Shown here in pieces: positions 7,689 to 16,403 of a stretch of 28,200 bases of DNA. The notes below the pieces were generated by a model. The model was not told the origin of the DNA, did no database searches, and saw only the letters and a program-made list of their open reading frames with translations. Source of the stretch: Pseudomonadota bacterium. GTDB lineage: Bacteria; UBA10199; 2-02-FULL-44-16; JAAZCA01. How positions within the stretch are numbered: position 1 is the stretch's first letter; every line of letters begins with the position of its first letter. Made by a program: the position numbers and the translations under genes. The stretch lies in the NCBI GenBank assembly GCA_043822785.1, contig JBDRBN010000054.1:1-28200 (forward strand). Direction: 5' to 3'.

Positions 7689-8690
7689 ATGATAATCGGC
7701 CTTACAGGAAAGAATGGTTCTGGCAAGGGTGAGGTTGCAAAATTTCTCACCGAGAGTGGCTATGAATACTATTCGCTCTCTGATTTTTTACGCGATGAGC
7801 TTGTAAGATGCGGCAAAGAAGTAACGCGCCAAACCCTCATCGATATCGGTAATGAGCTCAGGGCAAAGCACGGCGCAAGCACGCTAGCTGAACGCGCCCT
7901 CACCAAGCTTGATCCTGAAGCCCACGCCATTATCGATTCGATCCGCAATCCATTTGAGGTCGAAGCGCTAAGAAGGCGCAAGGATTTCCACCTCCTCTCT
8001 ATAGAATCAGATTCCCAAGTAAGGTTCGAGCGAATCAAGAGCAGAGGGCGCGAAAGCGATCCTCAAACATATGAGAGCTTTCTCGAAATCGAGGCTAAAG
8101 AAGCGCAGACGCCTGACCCAGCAACACAACAGCTTAACCGCACAGCTAGCATGGCTGATGCGGTAGTCTATAACAACAGCTCCCTTGATGAGCTGCGCGA
8201 TCAGGTAAGACAAGTAATTCAAACGCTGGCAGCAAACGTCGCACGCCCAAGTTGGGATCGCTATTTCATGGATATTGCAAAGGTGGTATCCCTGCGCGGC
8301 AACTGCATAAAGAGAAAAATCGCAGCAGTAATCGTCAAGGACAAACGAATCATCTCCACCGGCTACAACGGAACGCCTAGAGGAATCGCAAACTGCAACG
8401 AGGGCGGATGTCCCAGATGTAACCGCTTTGGCGCATCAGGCGAGAATCTTGATGAATGCGTCTGTTCACACGCAGAGGAAAACGCCATCGTGCAGGCTGC
8501 GTATCACGGCGTATCGATCAAGGGCGCAACATTGTATACGACCTACTCACCTTGCCTCATGTGCACGAAGATGATCATTAACTCTGGCATTGAAGAAGTC
8601 GTGTATGATAAAGACTACTCGATTGCACAAACACCTCTTCATCTCCTTAGTGAAGCAGGGATAAAGGCGAGACAACTTGAAGACCAGTAA
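7689..8690 (+). CDS. Fusion protein: P-loop nucleotide-kinase-like domain plus dCMP deaminase
   Basis: N-terminal IIGLTGKNGSGKG Walker A and DSIR. C-terminal RPSWDRYFM, STGYNGTP, CNEGGCPRC, HAEENAI and PCLMC zinc-deaminase motifs. Confidence 0.92.
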   Translation: MIIGLTGKNGSGKGEVAKFLTESGYEYYSLSDFLRDELVRCGKEVTRQTLIDIGNELRAKHGASTLAERALTKLDPEAHAIIDSIRNPFEVEALRRRKDFHLLSIESDSQVRFERIKSRGRESDPQTYESFLEIEAKEAQTPDPATQQLNRTASMADAVVYNNSSLDELRDQVRQVIQTLAANVARPSWDRYFMDIAKVVSLRGNCIKRKIAAVIVKDKRIISTGYNGTPRGIANCNEGGCPRCNRFGASGENLDECVCSHAEENAIVQAAYHGVSIKGATLYTTYSPCLMCTKMIINSGIEEVVYDKDYSIAQTPLHLLSEAGIKARQLEDQ

Positions 8691-8762
8691 CCAGTAATCA
8701 GTGGCCAGTTGCTTGTCTTGCTGGTTACTGATCACTGGTTACTGATCACTGGTTACTGATTT
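8684..8762. repeat. Inverted heptamer array (CCAGTAA / CTGGTTA-CTGATCA)
   Basis: 4 units on the left and 6 reverse-complement-type units on the right, filling the whole intergenic gap. Confidence 0.9.
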
Positions 8763-9701
8763 ATGATTCACGTAGAGAACCTAAAAAAATACTTTGGCAA
8801 CATACACGCTGTGGATGATGTTTCATTTGATGTTGCCAAGGGCGAAGTGGTGGGCCTTTTGGGTCCTAACGGAGCTGGCAAGACTACCACCATGCGCATA
8901 ATCACAGGCTTCCTATCAGCTGACTTGGGCACTGTGAGTATAGACGGCATATCCATAGAAGGGGATGGCATAACAGCGCGAAGCCGTATCGGTTATCTTC
9001 CTGAAAACGCACCCCTTTACACGGATATGGAGGTCTCAGAATATCTGGGCTATATCGCTAGCCTGCACGCAATGCCTAAACGAGAAAAACGCCGCGCGAT
9101 AAAAGACATGGTAGAAATATGTGGCCTTGATCCCACCTTGGGAAGAAGGATCGGCGAGCTCTCCAAGGGCTTTCGGCAACGGGTTGGGCTTGCACAGGCC
9201 ATGATCCACAGCCCACCCATACTCATCTTGGACGAGCCCACAAGCGGCCTTGATCCAAACCAAATAGTTGAAATCCGCGATCTGATAAAGCGAATAGGCC
9301 GCGAAAGAACTGTGGTGCTATCAACTCACATACTGCAGGAAGCCCGTGCAACCTGTTCTCGCGCGTTAATAATAAGCTCGGGAAAGCTCGTAGGCCATGG
9401 TACCATTGCAGAGCTCACTGGCCGAAGCGTTGCAGATGCTCACTACAGGGTTGCGCTTGTTTGCCAGCGCGGACGAATTGAAAATGAGATGGAAAAGCTT
9501 TCAGACCTCAGGATAGACGAGTGGCTAAGCGAAGCGGATGAAAAGCGTCAGCGCTTTCTTCTGCGATGTGATGACACCCAAGATCGCTCAGAACAAATTT
9601 TTAGGTGGGCCAAAGAAAACGACCTGCCGTTATGCGAACTCACAAGAGAATCAGCGTCGTTGGAAGAGGTGTTTAGGGAACTAACAACCAGTGACCAGTG
9701 A
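8763..9701 (+). CDS. ABC-2 type transporter ATP-binding subunit (GldA-like)
   Basis: GPNGAGKTT, LSKGFRQRVGLAQA, ILILDEPT and STH. Confidence 0.93.
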   Translation: MIHVENLKKYFGNIHAVDDVSFDVAKGEVVGLLGPNGAGKTTTMRIITGFLSADLGTVSIDGISIEGDGITARSRIGYLPENAPLYTDMEVSEYLGYIASLHAMPKREKRRAIKDMVEICGLDPTLGRRIGELSKGFRQRVGLAQAMIHSPPILILDEPTSGLDPNQIVEIRDLIKRIGRERTVVLSTHILQEARATCSRALIISSGKLVGHGTIAELTGRSVADAHYRVALVCQRGRIENEMEKLSDLRIDEWLSEADEKRQRFLLRCDDTQDRSEQIFRWAKENDLPLCELTRESASLEEVFRELTTSDQ

Positions 9702-9708
9702 TCAGTTT

Positions 9709-10425
9709 ATGACTTTTATTTTCACAATAGCCAGGCGAGAATTTAAGGCTTATTTCTTAAGCCCTATAGCGTACGTTTATCTCATCGTATTTTTGGTTGC
9801 GGTGAGCTGGTTTTTCTTTCGCGCATTCTTCATAATTGGTCAGGCTGACATGCGCGTCTTCTTTGAAATGATTCCGTGGATATTTCTCTTCTTTGCTCCT
9901 GCGATTACTATGGGAAAATGGGCAGAGGAAAGAAAGCAGGGCACGCTTGAAACCCTGTTTACCCTTCCTGTGCGCGACGCAGAGATCGTAATCGCAAAAT
10001 TCTTAGCAGGGCTTGCGCTCTTAGCCACAGCGCTAGTGCTTACCATACCCATCGCGCTCACGGTTGCGCTTCTAGGCAACATGGATTGGGGTCCTGTGAT
10101 AGGCGGTTATATTGGGGCGCTTCTTCTGGGCGGAGCCTATCTATCCATTGGCCTTCTGATATCCGCACTCACCGAGAGCCAGATCATAGCATTTATAGGA
10201 GGCTTGGCCGGATGCTTTGTGATGCTGGTCATCGGAACCTCATTCATCGCTGGCGATGCATCGGGCAGTTTCGCACATTTTTTGCAGTACATGGGATTGG
10301 GCACACATTTCGCATCGATCGCACGGGGCGTGATAGATAGCAGAGATGTCATCTACTACCTCTCGGTTATAGTATTATTTCTGTATTTGAATTTAAAAGT
10401 GCTAAAAGTTAGAGCACGGCGTTAA
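9709..10425 (+). CDS. ABC-2 permease (GldF-like)
   Basis: RREFKAYFLSPIAY, EERKQGTLETLFTLP, about 6 TM segments and RGVIDSRDVIYYLS. Confidence 0.9.
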   Translation: MTFIFTIARREFKAYFLSPIAYVYLIVFLVAVSWFFFRAFFIIGQADMRVFFEMIPWIFLFFAPAITMGKWAEERKQGTLETLFTLPVRDAEIVIAKFLAGLALLATALVLTIPIALTVALLGNMDWGPVIGGYIGALLLGGAYLSIGLLISALTESQIIAFIGGLAGCFVMLVIGTSFIAGDASGSFAHFLQYMGLGTHFASIARGVIDSRDVIYYLSVIVLFLYLNLKVLKVRARR

Positions 10426-10438
10426 ATTATTTACTGCC

Positions 10439-10528
10439 TGTCATCGCGAGCCCTGCACCAGATGGTGCAGGGCGTGGCGGTCTCCAGAACTTCAGGAGAT
10501 TGCTTCGGACTTCGTCCTCGCAATGACA
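10439..10528. repeat. TGTCAT(T/C)GCGAG..CTCGCAATGACA palindromic element, copy 1
   Basis: 12-bp terminal inverted repeats (1 mismatch), internal GCCCTGCACCA/TGGTGCAGGGC hairpin and GAGATTGCTTCG core. Confidence 0.88.
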
Positions 10529-10530
10529 CC

Positions 10531-12093
10531 ATGGATAAAATGAAACTAAACACTCTTCTCACAACACTCGCGATCATAATCGCTCTTTTGGCTGCAAACT
10601 TTCTTGCTGCACGCCATCCGCTGAGGCTCGATCTCACTGGCAGTAAAGTCTATACACTATCTGCTTCAACAACAAAAATACTCTCAGGGCTCGATGATAT
10701 CCTCACAATAAGGGTATATTTTTCAGAAGACCTTCCGCCTGCCCTCGAAGCCCTACGGCGCGATGTGGATGATGTTTTGGATGAATACAAGAGCACTGCT
10801 GGAAAGCGACTTCAGGTAGAGCACATTGATCCTGCATCCTCCTTGATGGAAGAGCAAAAAGTAGCGATGATGGGCATCCCTCCTCTGCAAGTAAACGTCA
10901 TTGAGCGCGACAAACAGGAAGTGGCGAAGATATATCTTGGCATCGCTGTGATGTACAGCGGCAAGCAGGATGTCATCCCAGTGATCAGAGAGACGCGCAA
11001 TCTAGAATACCTGCTCGACGAGGCTATCCTTAAAGTCTCTACCAAGGAGTTTGCAAAGATCGCATGGTGGCAGCCATCAAATAAAGATTCCGGCAATGGC
11101 AGCGGCTTTAGCCTCATACGCGAAGCCGTGTCACAACGTTACGAGATCGTCGACGTAAAAGAAGATGTGCTCATCGATCTAGATCCAATTAAATTTAAGG
11201 CGCTCGTTTTGCTGTCGCCGCGCAAGCTAAGCCAAGATGAACTAGGAGCTATAGACAAATATGTGAAGGGCGGAGGCCGCGTCATCGCGCTTGTGGATCT
11301 TTGGGAACTGGGAGAAGGCCTAACCTTACTTCCAGTAGAGACCAACATCACCGACCTCTTAGCTCATTACGGCACAACTGTGGAAAATACGCTGGTGCTC
11401 GATGATGTAAATGCAACAGCTGCATTCACAGGTGGCGTTGTAACTTATCATATTCCATATCCATACTGGCCAGATGTGAGGCGCGAAGGTTTTAACCAAG
11501 ACCTCCCCATATCCTCTGATTTGGAATCAGCCGTGTTTCCGTGGACATCGCCGCTTGCTATTTCTGAAGGCACAAAACCAGAAGGCGCTTTGGCTGCTGT
11601 GGCTCTTAGCAGCCCATACTCTACCACCGTGCCAGGGGACAAAGCAGAACTCGAACCTAAGCTGGCAAGCGCTGCGCTGCAAAAAGGAAATCACAAGAGG
11701 TATGTTCTGGCAGCACTCACACATGGACCATTTAAGAGCTATTATGCTTCTGGCAACAGCGCAGGCTCAAAAGACTCGCGTGTTTTTGTAACAGGATCCT
11801 CTCATTGGGTGGGCGACAGCTTTCTGTCCACATTTCCTCAAAACGCAGCTCTTTTTCAAAACACCATCGATTCCTTTGCTATGGGAGAACTGCTCATAGG
11901 AATCCGTTCGCGCGAGCAAGCCTTTAGGCCAATAGCTATCATACCAGATGCTGCCAGGTTTTGGCTCAAGTACATAAACGTCGCAGCAGGGCCAATAGCT
12001 TTGGGCCTAATAGCGGCTTTTGTATTCGCAATCCGAAGAGCCAGAAAGCACATCATCATTTCAAGATATCATTGCTCACATAAGACAATATGA
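10531..12093 (+). CDS. GldG-like ABC-type uncharacterised auxiliary component
   Basis: N-terminal TM, RLDLTGSKVYTLS, YVKGGGRVIALVD, LIGIRSRE and a C-terminal TM. The 10462 start in the ORF track lies within the repeat. Confidence 0.88.
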   Translation: MDKMKLNTLLTTLAIIIALLAANFLAARHPLRLDLTGSKVYTLSASTTKILSGLDDILTIRVYFSEDLPPALEALRRDVDDVLDEYKSTAGKRLQVEHIDPASSLMEEQKVAMMGIPPLQVNVIERDKQEVAKIYLGIAVMYSGKQDVIPVIRETRNLEYLLDEAILKVSTKEFAKIAWWQPSNKDSGNGSGFSLIREAVSQRYEIVDVKEDVLIDLDPIKFKALVLLSPRKLSQDELGAIDKYVKGGGRVIALVDLWELGEGLTLLPVETNITDLLAHYGTTVENTLVLDDVNATAAFTGGVVTYHIPYPYWPDVRREGFNQDLPISSDLESAVFPWTSPLAISEGTKPEGALAAVALSSPYSTTVPGDKAELEPKLASAALQKGNHKRYVLAALTHGPFKSYYASGNSAGSKDSRVFVTGSSHWVGDSFLSTFPQNAALFQNTIDSFAMGELLIGIRSREQAFRPIAIIPDAARFWLKYINVAAGPIALGLIAAFVFAIRRARKHIIISRYHCSHKTI

Positions 12094-13049
12094 AGAACAA
12101 GCGCCCGCTCATCTATCTTCTCACCGCGTTAGCATTTGCCATCATCGTGCTCGCAATTGAAAATCCGTATTCGTCTCGAGTCAATGACGTGCCAGATCAA
12201 ACTTTTTATCCTGGATTTGACAGCGCACAGGTGAAAAGCGTGAAGGTGACCCAGCTTCTGGATGGCGCAAAGCTCATGCGCGATGGGGATAGGTGGCTGG
12301 TCAGAGAGATAAGCACTCCAATAAAAAAAGAACTCCTGCTCAAGGAAGGCAGAGAAGATCGCCAAAGCAAATGGTTGCGCGCAGACCGCATAAGGGTGAA
12401 CAGCGCGCTCGGAGGTTTTGGGGGGCTGCCACAGGGCGTGATGGTGTCAGACAATATGGACAGGAGGTCACTCTACCAGGTCGAAGCAACCGGGCTTAGG
12501 GTACAACTCATAGGCGATGATGATAAGCCCATAGCTGATGTGATAATCGGCAAAAACGGCCCTGACCTTGCAAGCAGCTACATAAGGAAAGCAGATGAAG
12601 ATGAAGTCTATCTAGTGCGCAGATCGCTCGCCGGGCTATTTACGCCAATTGCTTCTGACTGGAGGGAAAGAAAAATCTGGGTCATAAACCCTGATGACAT
12701 AACTGCGATTGATGTAAGATCCTACAAAGGCTCATTTACGGCAGCGCGCGATAAAGACGGCAAGTGGAAGGATGTTGATGAAGAGGAAATGAAATCTCTT
12801 CTCATCAAAGTGTCTGACATAAGGGCAAAGGGTTTTCCTATTGATCCTGATATTAAACTCGCGTGTGAACCTGAGTTTATACTCACGCTCAAAAGATCTA
12901 ACGGCGAAGATCTTGAGCTGACCGTTTACTGCGCAAACTCCAAGGAGCTTTATCCAGCAAAACTTAAGGGAGTAGACGAGATATATTATTTATCTCACGA
13001 CTTTGTAGCATCCATCCCCATATCTGCACCAAAATCTACTGACAATTAG
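12090..13049 (+). CDS. DUF4340-like membrane-anchored protein of GldAFG-like operons
   Basis: ATGA overlap with the upstream gene, N-terminal TM, IIGKNGPD..SYIRK..VYLV and WRERKI. This is the usual operon position for the family. Confidence 0.75.
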   Translation: MKNKRPLIYLLTALAFAIIVLAIENPYSSRVNDVPDQTFYPGFDSAQVKSVKVTQLLDGAKLMRDGDRWLVREISTPIKKELLLKEGREDRQSKWLRADRIRVNSALGGFGGLPQGVMVSDNMDRRSLYQVEATGLRVQLIGDDDKPIADVIIGKNGPDLASSYIRKADEDEVYLVRRSLAGLFTPIASDWRERKIWVINPDDITAIDVRSYKGSFTAARDKDGKWKDVDEEEMKSLLIKVSDIRAKGFPIDPDIKLACEPEFILTLKRSNGEDLELTVYCANSKELYPAKLKGVDEIYYLSHDFVASIPISAPKSTDN

Positions 13050-13075
13050 CTGGGAGGGCCCCAAAAACACTGATG

Positions 13076-15328
13076 CTAATGATCTGAAAACAACGATGAC
13101 TTTGCTCTCGTACGACTGAGGATGAACAAGAGTAAAACAATTGGAATTAGATGAAAGCTTATCGGAGTGATTTGGTTGCATGTGAGGGAGCAGCTGCCGC
13201 TGCTGCCGCTGGCCGTGGTATCGCCTGTGCCACTATAAGCTGATGTATCTGCTGGAACTGATCCTACTATTGATGCTGCATTTACCTTTCCTGCGCCATA
13301 GGTGTTTGCAGGATCAGGCGTTTTTACGGTCATGCCTGAAGCGTCGGCACCCGCCTGCAACGCCTGCCTCACTTGATCAACCGTGAGCGTGTTGTTACGC
13401 TGTAAGAGAAGCGCCACGATGCCCGCAACATGCGGCGATGCCATGGATGTGCCTGCATTTTTAAAGTGGTCTTCGCCAACCGTGATTGCGGTGGATGTCA
13501 TGGAATTGCGCGCCTTTGCTGCGATGATGGGCTCGCCTGGTGCAACGATTGCAGGCTTTGTTCTGCCATCTGCGGTGGGGCCCAGGCTTGAGAACGAAGA
13601 GAGGTCGTTTGTTACAGAGCCTGTTCCGCCAGGCGCTGTAAGGCTTGACTGATCATATGTAGTTCCGTTGTTGCCGGTCCATTCGCTACTAGCAGCACCT
13701 ACGGGCTTTGGCGGCATGAAGCTGCCCACAGCTATTACGCCCTGTGCTGTAGCAGGTATGGTAGTGGTGTATAAGCTATCGCCATCGATGAGCTCATAAC
13801 CCAAATGTGTTGCGCCATCTCCAACATCAAGTCCTGCGCCTTCAATGTTTTTAAGAAAATCGTGATATGCGGTGTAATCGTAGTAAAGCCACATCTGCCC
13901 GCTGCAAGCGCTTGCTGTGGACCTAACCACAACATCAAACCATCTGGTTTCCAGCGTACCTCCGAGTTGCCCTGCAGCAGCTGAGAATAGAATGTTCGCA
14001 TGTGGTTTGGAATTTCTGGCATCACTTGCAGCTATATCGATCGAAACTGAAACTGATCCATCATCTGCAGTGACTGGTGATGCGGTGTCTGATACAAACG
14101 AAACATCGTTTGTTGCAAACGAGGCATCATCGGTAGTGGCAAGCCCAGGAAAGGTAAAATCCTCTGCAACTCGTCCTTGTGTGTATGCAAACGCCGCCAC
14201 CTTGCAGCTGTCCTTTTGCCCTGTGTCCAACCACAAATCCACTAACGTGCCGCCGGTGAAGACCCAGGATGCGCCTGTACCGTTCCATATGCCAATCCTA
14301 AACCCGCGGCTTGCTCCGGCCGGCACATCTATCGAGGCGTGAATGCCTCCCACATAATCCCTGCGAGTTGCAGGCTCAGCTGCAGGCACGACCTGCTCGT
14401 TACCTGCTGCACCCACTATGATCCTTCCTCGCTTATTTTCCACCATATCCGAAAGGCCCTGCTCTAAAAGCGATGTGCCGTCGTGTGCTCCTATAGAAGT
14501 GCCGAGGCTTAAGTTTGTCACCGCTGCTTTATCTAAAGCATCTGCCTGAGAAAAAATTGCTGAGACCCCTTCGATAACAGACGTGGCAAGCGATCCATCT
14601 GTATCTGCATCAAGGGCATCGTTGAACACGAACATGATATCCGCGCCTGAAGCTACACCCGTGTATATGTCATCAGCGCCAGCAGCGATTCCTGTCACAT
14701 GCGTGCCGTGGGTCGTGCCCTGCCCTCCGTCAATTATGCCGCACGTGCCAGAAACGATCGTGTCGTGATAACACTGTACTGTGCCTGACACAAAATTCTG
14801 CCTAACATATTCAATGCGTGATATGCCGCCTGCTCCTAGAAAATCAGGATGGCCATAATCCAGGCCGTCATCCACAACCCCTATCACAACATCAGTTCCA
14901 TCATATGCGATGCCCAAGGCTGACGCATCCTGCACGCTGACCACGTTGGTCGCCGCCCTGGCCGTGTCCATTTTAGAAGACAAGGGAAGTGCTGCCTCCA
15001 CAAATTCCACCTCATCGCGATTTGTTACCCATGCAACCAGTTCCACTGGCAGGCGCGCGGATATGATAGCGCCAGCACCGAAGATGAGCGCGCGTCCTCC
15101 ATAAGCTTCGATCGCTTTTTTTGTAAGGCTTGGATCTTTGGTTCTGATGAGACAAGGGATGAGCACTGATCCGTAATCATCGATTGCTGCCTTTGACCAA
15201 CTAGTGGGCTGATTATTTTGCAAATGGCTCACCATCTTTTTTAGAATGAGATCAGCTTCGCCTGCATTTAAAATGCCGGGAAACAAAAAAAACGCAAAAG
15301 CGAACATGATAATCGCAACTTTCTTCAC
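13076..15328 (-). CDS. Secreted S8 (subtilisin-like) serine peptidase with an inserted domain and a C-terminal Cys/TM sorting tail
   Basis: Signal peptide. Catalytic triad motifs VVDDG, HGTHVTG and GTSMASPHVAG, plus AAGNE. Tail SGSSGSCSL..hydrophobic..SRTRAK. Confidence 0.93.
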   Translation of the reverse strand: MKKVAIIMFAFAFFLFPGILNAGEADLILKKMVSHLQNNQPTSWSKAAIDDYGSVLIPCLIRTKDPSLTKKAIEAYGGRALIFGAGAIISARLPVELVAWVTNRDEVEFVEAALPLSSKMDTARAATNVVSVQDASALGIAYDGTDVVIGVVDDGLDYGHPDFLGAGGISRIEYVRQNFVSGTVQCYHDTIVSGTCGIIDGGQGTTHGTHVTGIAAGADDIYTGVASGADIMFVFNDALDADTDGSLATSVIEGVSAIFSQADALDKAAVTNLSLGTSIGAHDGTSLLEQGLSDMVENKRGRIIVGAAGNEQVVPAAEPATRRDYVGGIHASIDVPAGASRGFRIGIWNGTGASWVFTGGTLVDLWLDTGQKDSCKVAAFAYTQGRVAEDFTFPGLATTDDASFATNDVSFVSDTASPVTADDGSVSVSIDIAASDARNSKPHANILFSAAAGQLGGTLETRWFDVVVRSTASACSGQMWLYYDYTAYHDFLKNIEGAGLDVGDGATHLGYELIDGDSLYTTTIPATAQGVIAVGSFMPPKPVGAASSEWTGNNGTTYDQSSLTAPGGTGSVTNDLSSFSSLGPTADGRTKPAIVAPGEPIIAAKARNSMTSTAITVGEDHFKNAGTSMASPHVAGIVALLLQRNNTLTVDQVRQALQAGADASGMTVKTPDPANTYGAGKVNAASIVGSVPADTSAYSGTGDTTASGSSGSCSLTCNQITPISFHLIPIVLLLFILSRTRAKSSLFSDH

Positions 15329-15350
15329 GCATCATCCTTTTCAACCTGAG

Positions 15351-15432
15351 TGTCATTGCGAGCCCGCAGGGCGAAGCAATCCCCGTCAAACAGTAGCATA
15401 ACGGAGATTGCTTCGCTACGCTCGCAATGACA
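15351..15432. repeat. TGTCATTGCGAG..CTCGCAATGACA palindromic element, copy 2
   Basis: Perfect 12-bp terminal inverted repeats and an inner CGAAGCAATC/GATTGCTTCG pair. Confidence 0.9.
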
Positions 15433-15442
15433 TAGCGGCACC

Positions 15443-16378
15443 CTAGCTACATTCTGGCCATTCATCAAAACTTGCTCCTTGTGGTTTGCGCATGAGCTTT
15501 GTTATTGGAATTTGATCGCCAACAGGCCACTGCCGGCTAAGGCGTTCTATCTTTTTATCGTCAATTTCATTGATCTCGTAACCAGCGCGCAAAAGCTCTG
15601 TGATGATCGCAGCCTTATGTTTTCCAGCTACCCTTTGATAATAATCATTATAAAATGTGAGTTTTCCATCCCTAGCCACTACCGGTCTATAGACCAGCTC
15701 AACAGGCACTGGTTTGTCTAGCATTACCTTATATGTCTTCCAACCATACTTTTTATACTCCTCCCTAAGGTTTGGATCGCGCTGGCTTGAGAAACGCTCC
15801 TGAAGATACCAGGCTATTTCAGTAGCATCCTGATTGTGCATCCTCATGCAGCCATGTGAAGCAGGTCGCCCTACAGACCAGCTGGCATTTGTTCCGTGAA
15901 AGAGTATTTCATCTGAGAGCGGCATCTTCACAAGCCCCAATGGATTGCGCGGTCCTGGAGGTGTGGGCTTATCGTTTTTTGCCCATTCTGCCTTCGGAGG
16001 ATACCACCACGGATTCCACTCTATTTTTTTTATGGCTGAAACCTGTTGGGGCGTAGGATACACGCCGCGGCCTATGGCAACGCGCTTCTTAAAGAGCAAG
16101 ACTCCATCCTCATAAAGGACAAACTCGGTTGCTGGAATATTTACCTCGATGAACACGCGCGGCGTTGCGTCTATTTTTTGTTCCTCTTCTAGAAGAAGCG
16201 ACCTAAAGCCTCCGCCGGATGAGATGGATGTATCAACCGCTTGAATGCGCACAGATCTTTTTAATGATAGAGGAATCACAGCTGCAATTGCCACAGCCAA
16301 GAGCATAAGTGCTATCATAGCCGCAGCAGGTGAAATGCGGAGAGTTATTTTCTTCACTGGTTTCTTGTCACTGGTCAC
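15443..16378 (-). CDS. L,D-transpeptidase (YkuD family), membrane anchored
   Basis: NPWWYPP, PGPRNPLG, FHGT and catalytic SHGCMRM motifs, with an N-terminal TM. The GTG start is uncertain because it lies within heptamers. Confidence 0.92.
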   Translation of the reverse strand: MTSDKKPVKKITLRISPAAAMIALMLLAVAIAAVIPLSLKRSVRIQAVDTSISSGGGFRSLLLEEEQKIDATPRVFIEVNIPATEFVLYEDGVLLFKKRVAIGRGVYPTPQQVSAIKKIEWNPWWYPPKAEWAKNDKPTPPGPRNPLGLVKMPLSDEILFHGTNASWSVGRPASHGCMRMHNQDATEIAWYLQERFSSQRDPNLREEYKKYGWKTYKVMLDKPVPVELVYRPVVARDGKLTFYNDYYQRVAGKHKAAIITELLRAGYEINEIDDKKIERLSRQWPVGDQIPITKLMRKPQGASFDEWPECS

Positions 16379-16403
16379 TGGTTACTGGTCACTAGTTACT
16401 GAC
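16357..16403. repeat. Heptamer array (GTCACTG/GTTACTG) spanning the AsmA-like stop and the LDT start
   Basis: gtcactg gtcactg gttactg gtcacta gttactg, the same family as at 8684 and 9688. Confidence 0.85.

Noticed and set aside
8763..13049. Gliding-motility function for the GldA/F/G-like operon
   Set aside because: This ABC module with DUF4340 is widespread outside gliding Bacteroidota and no other gld/spr genes are present, so no gene symbols were assigned.
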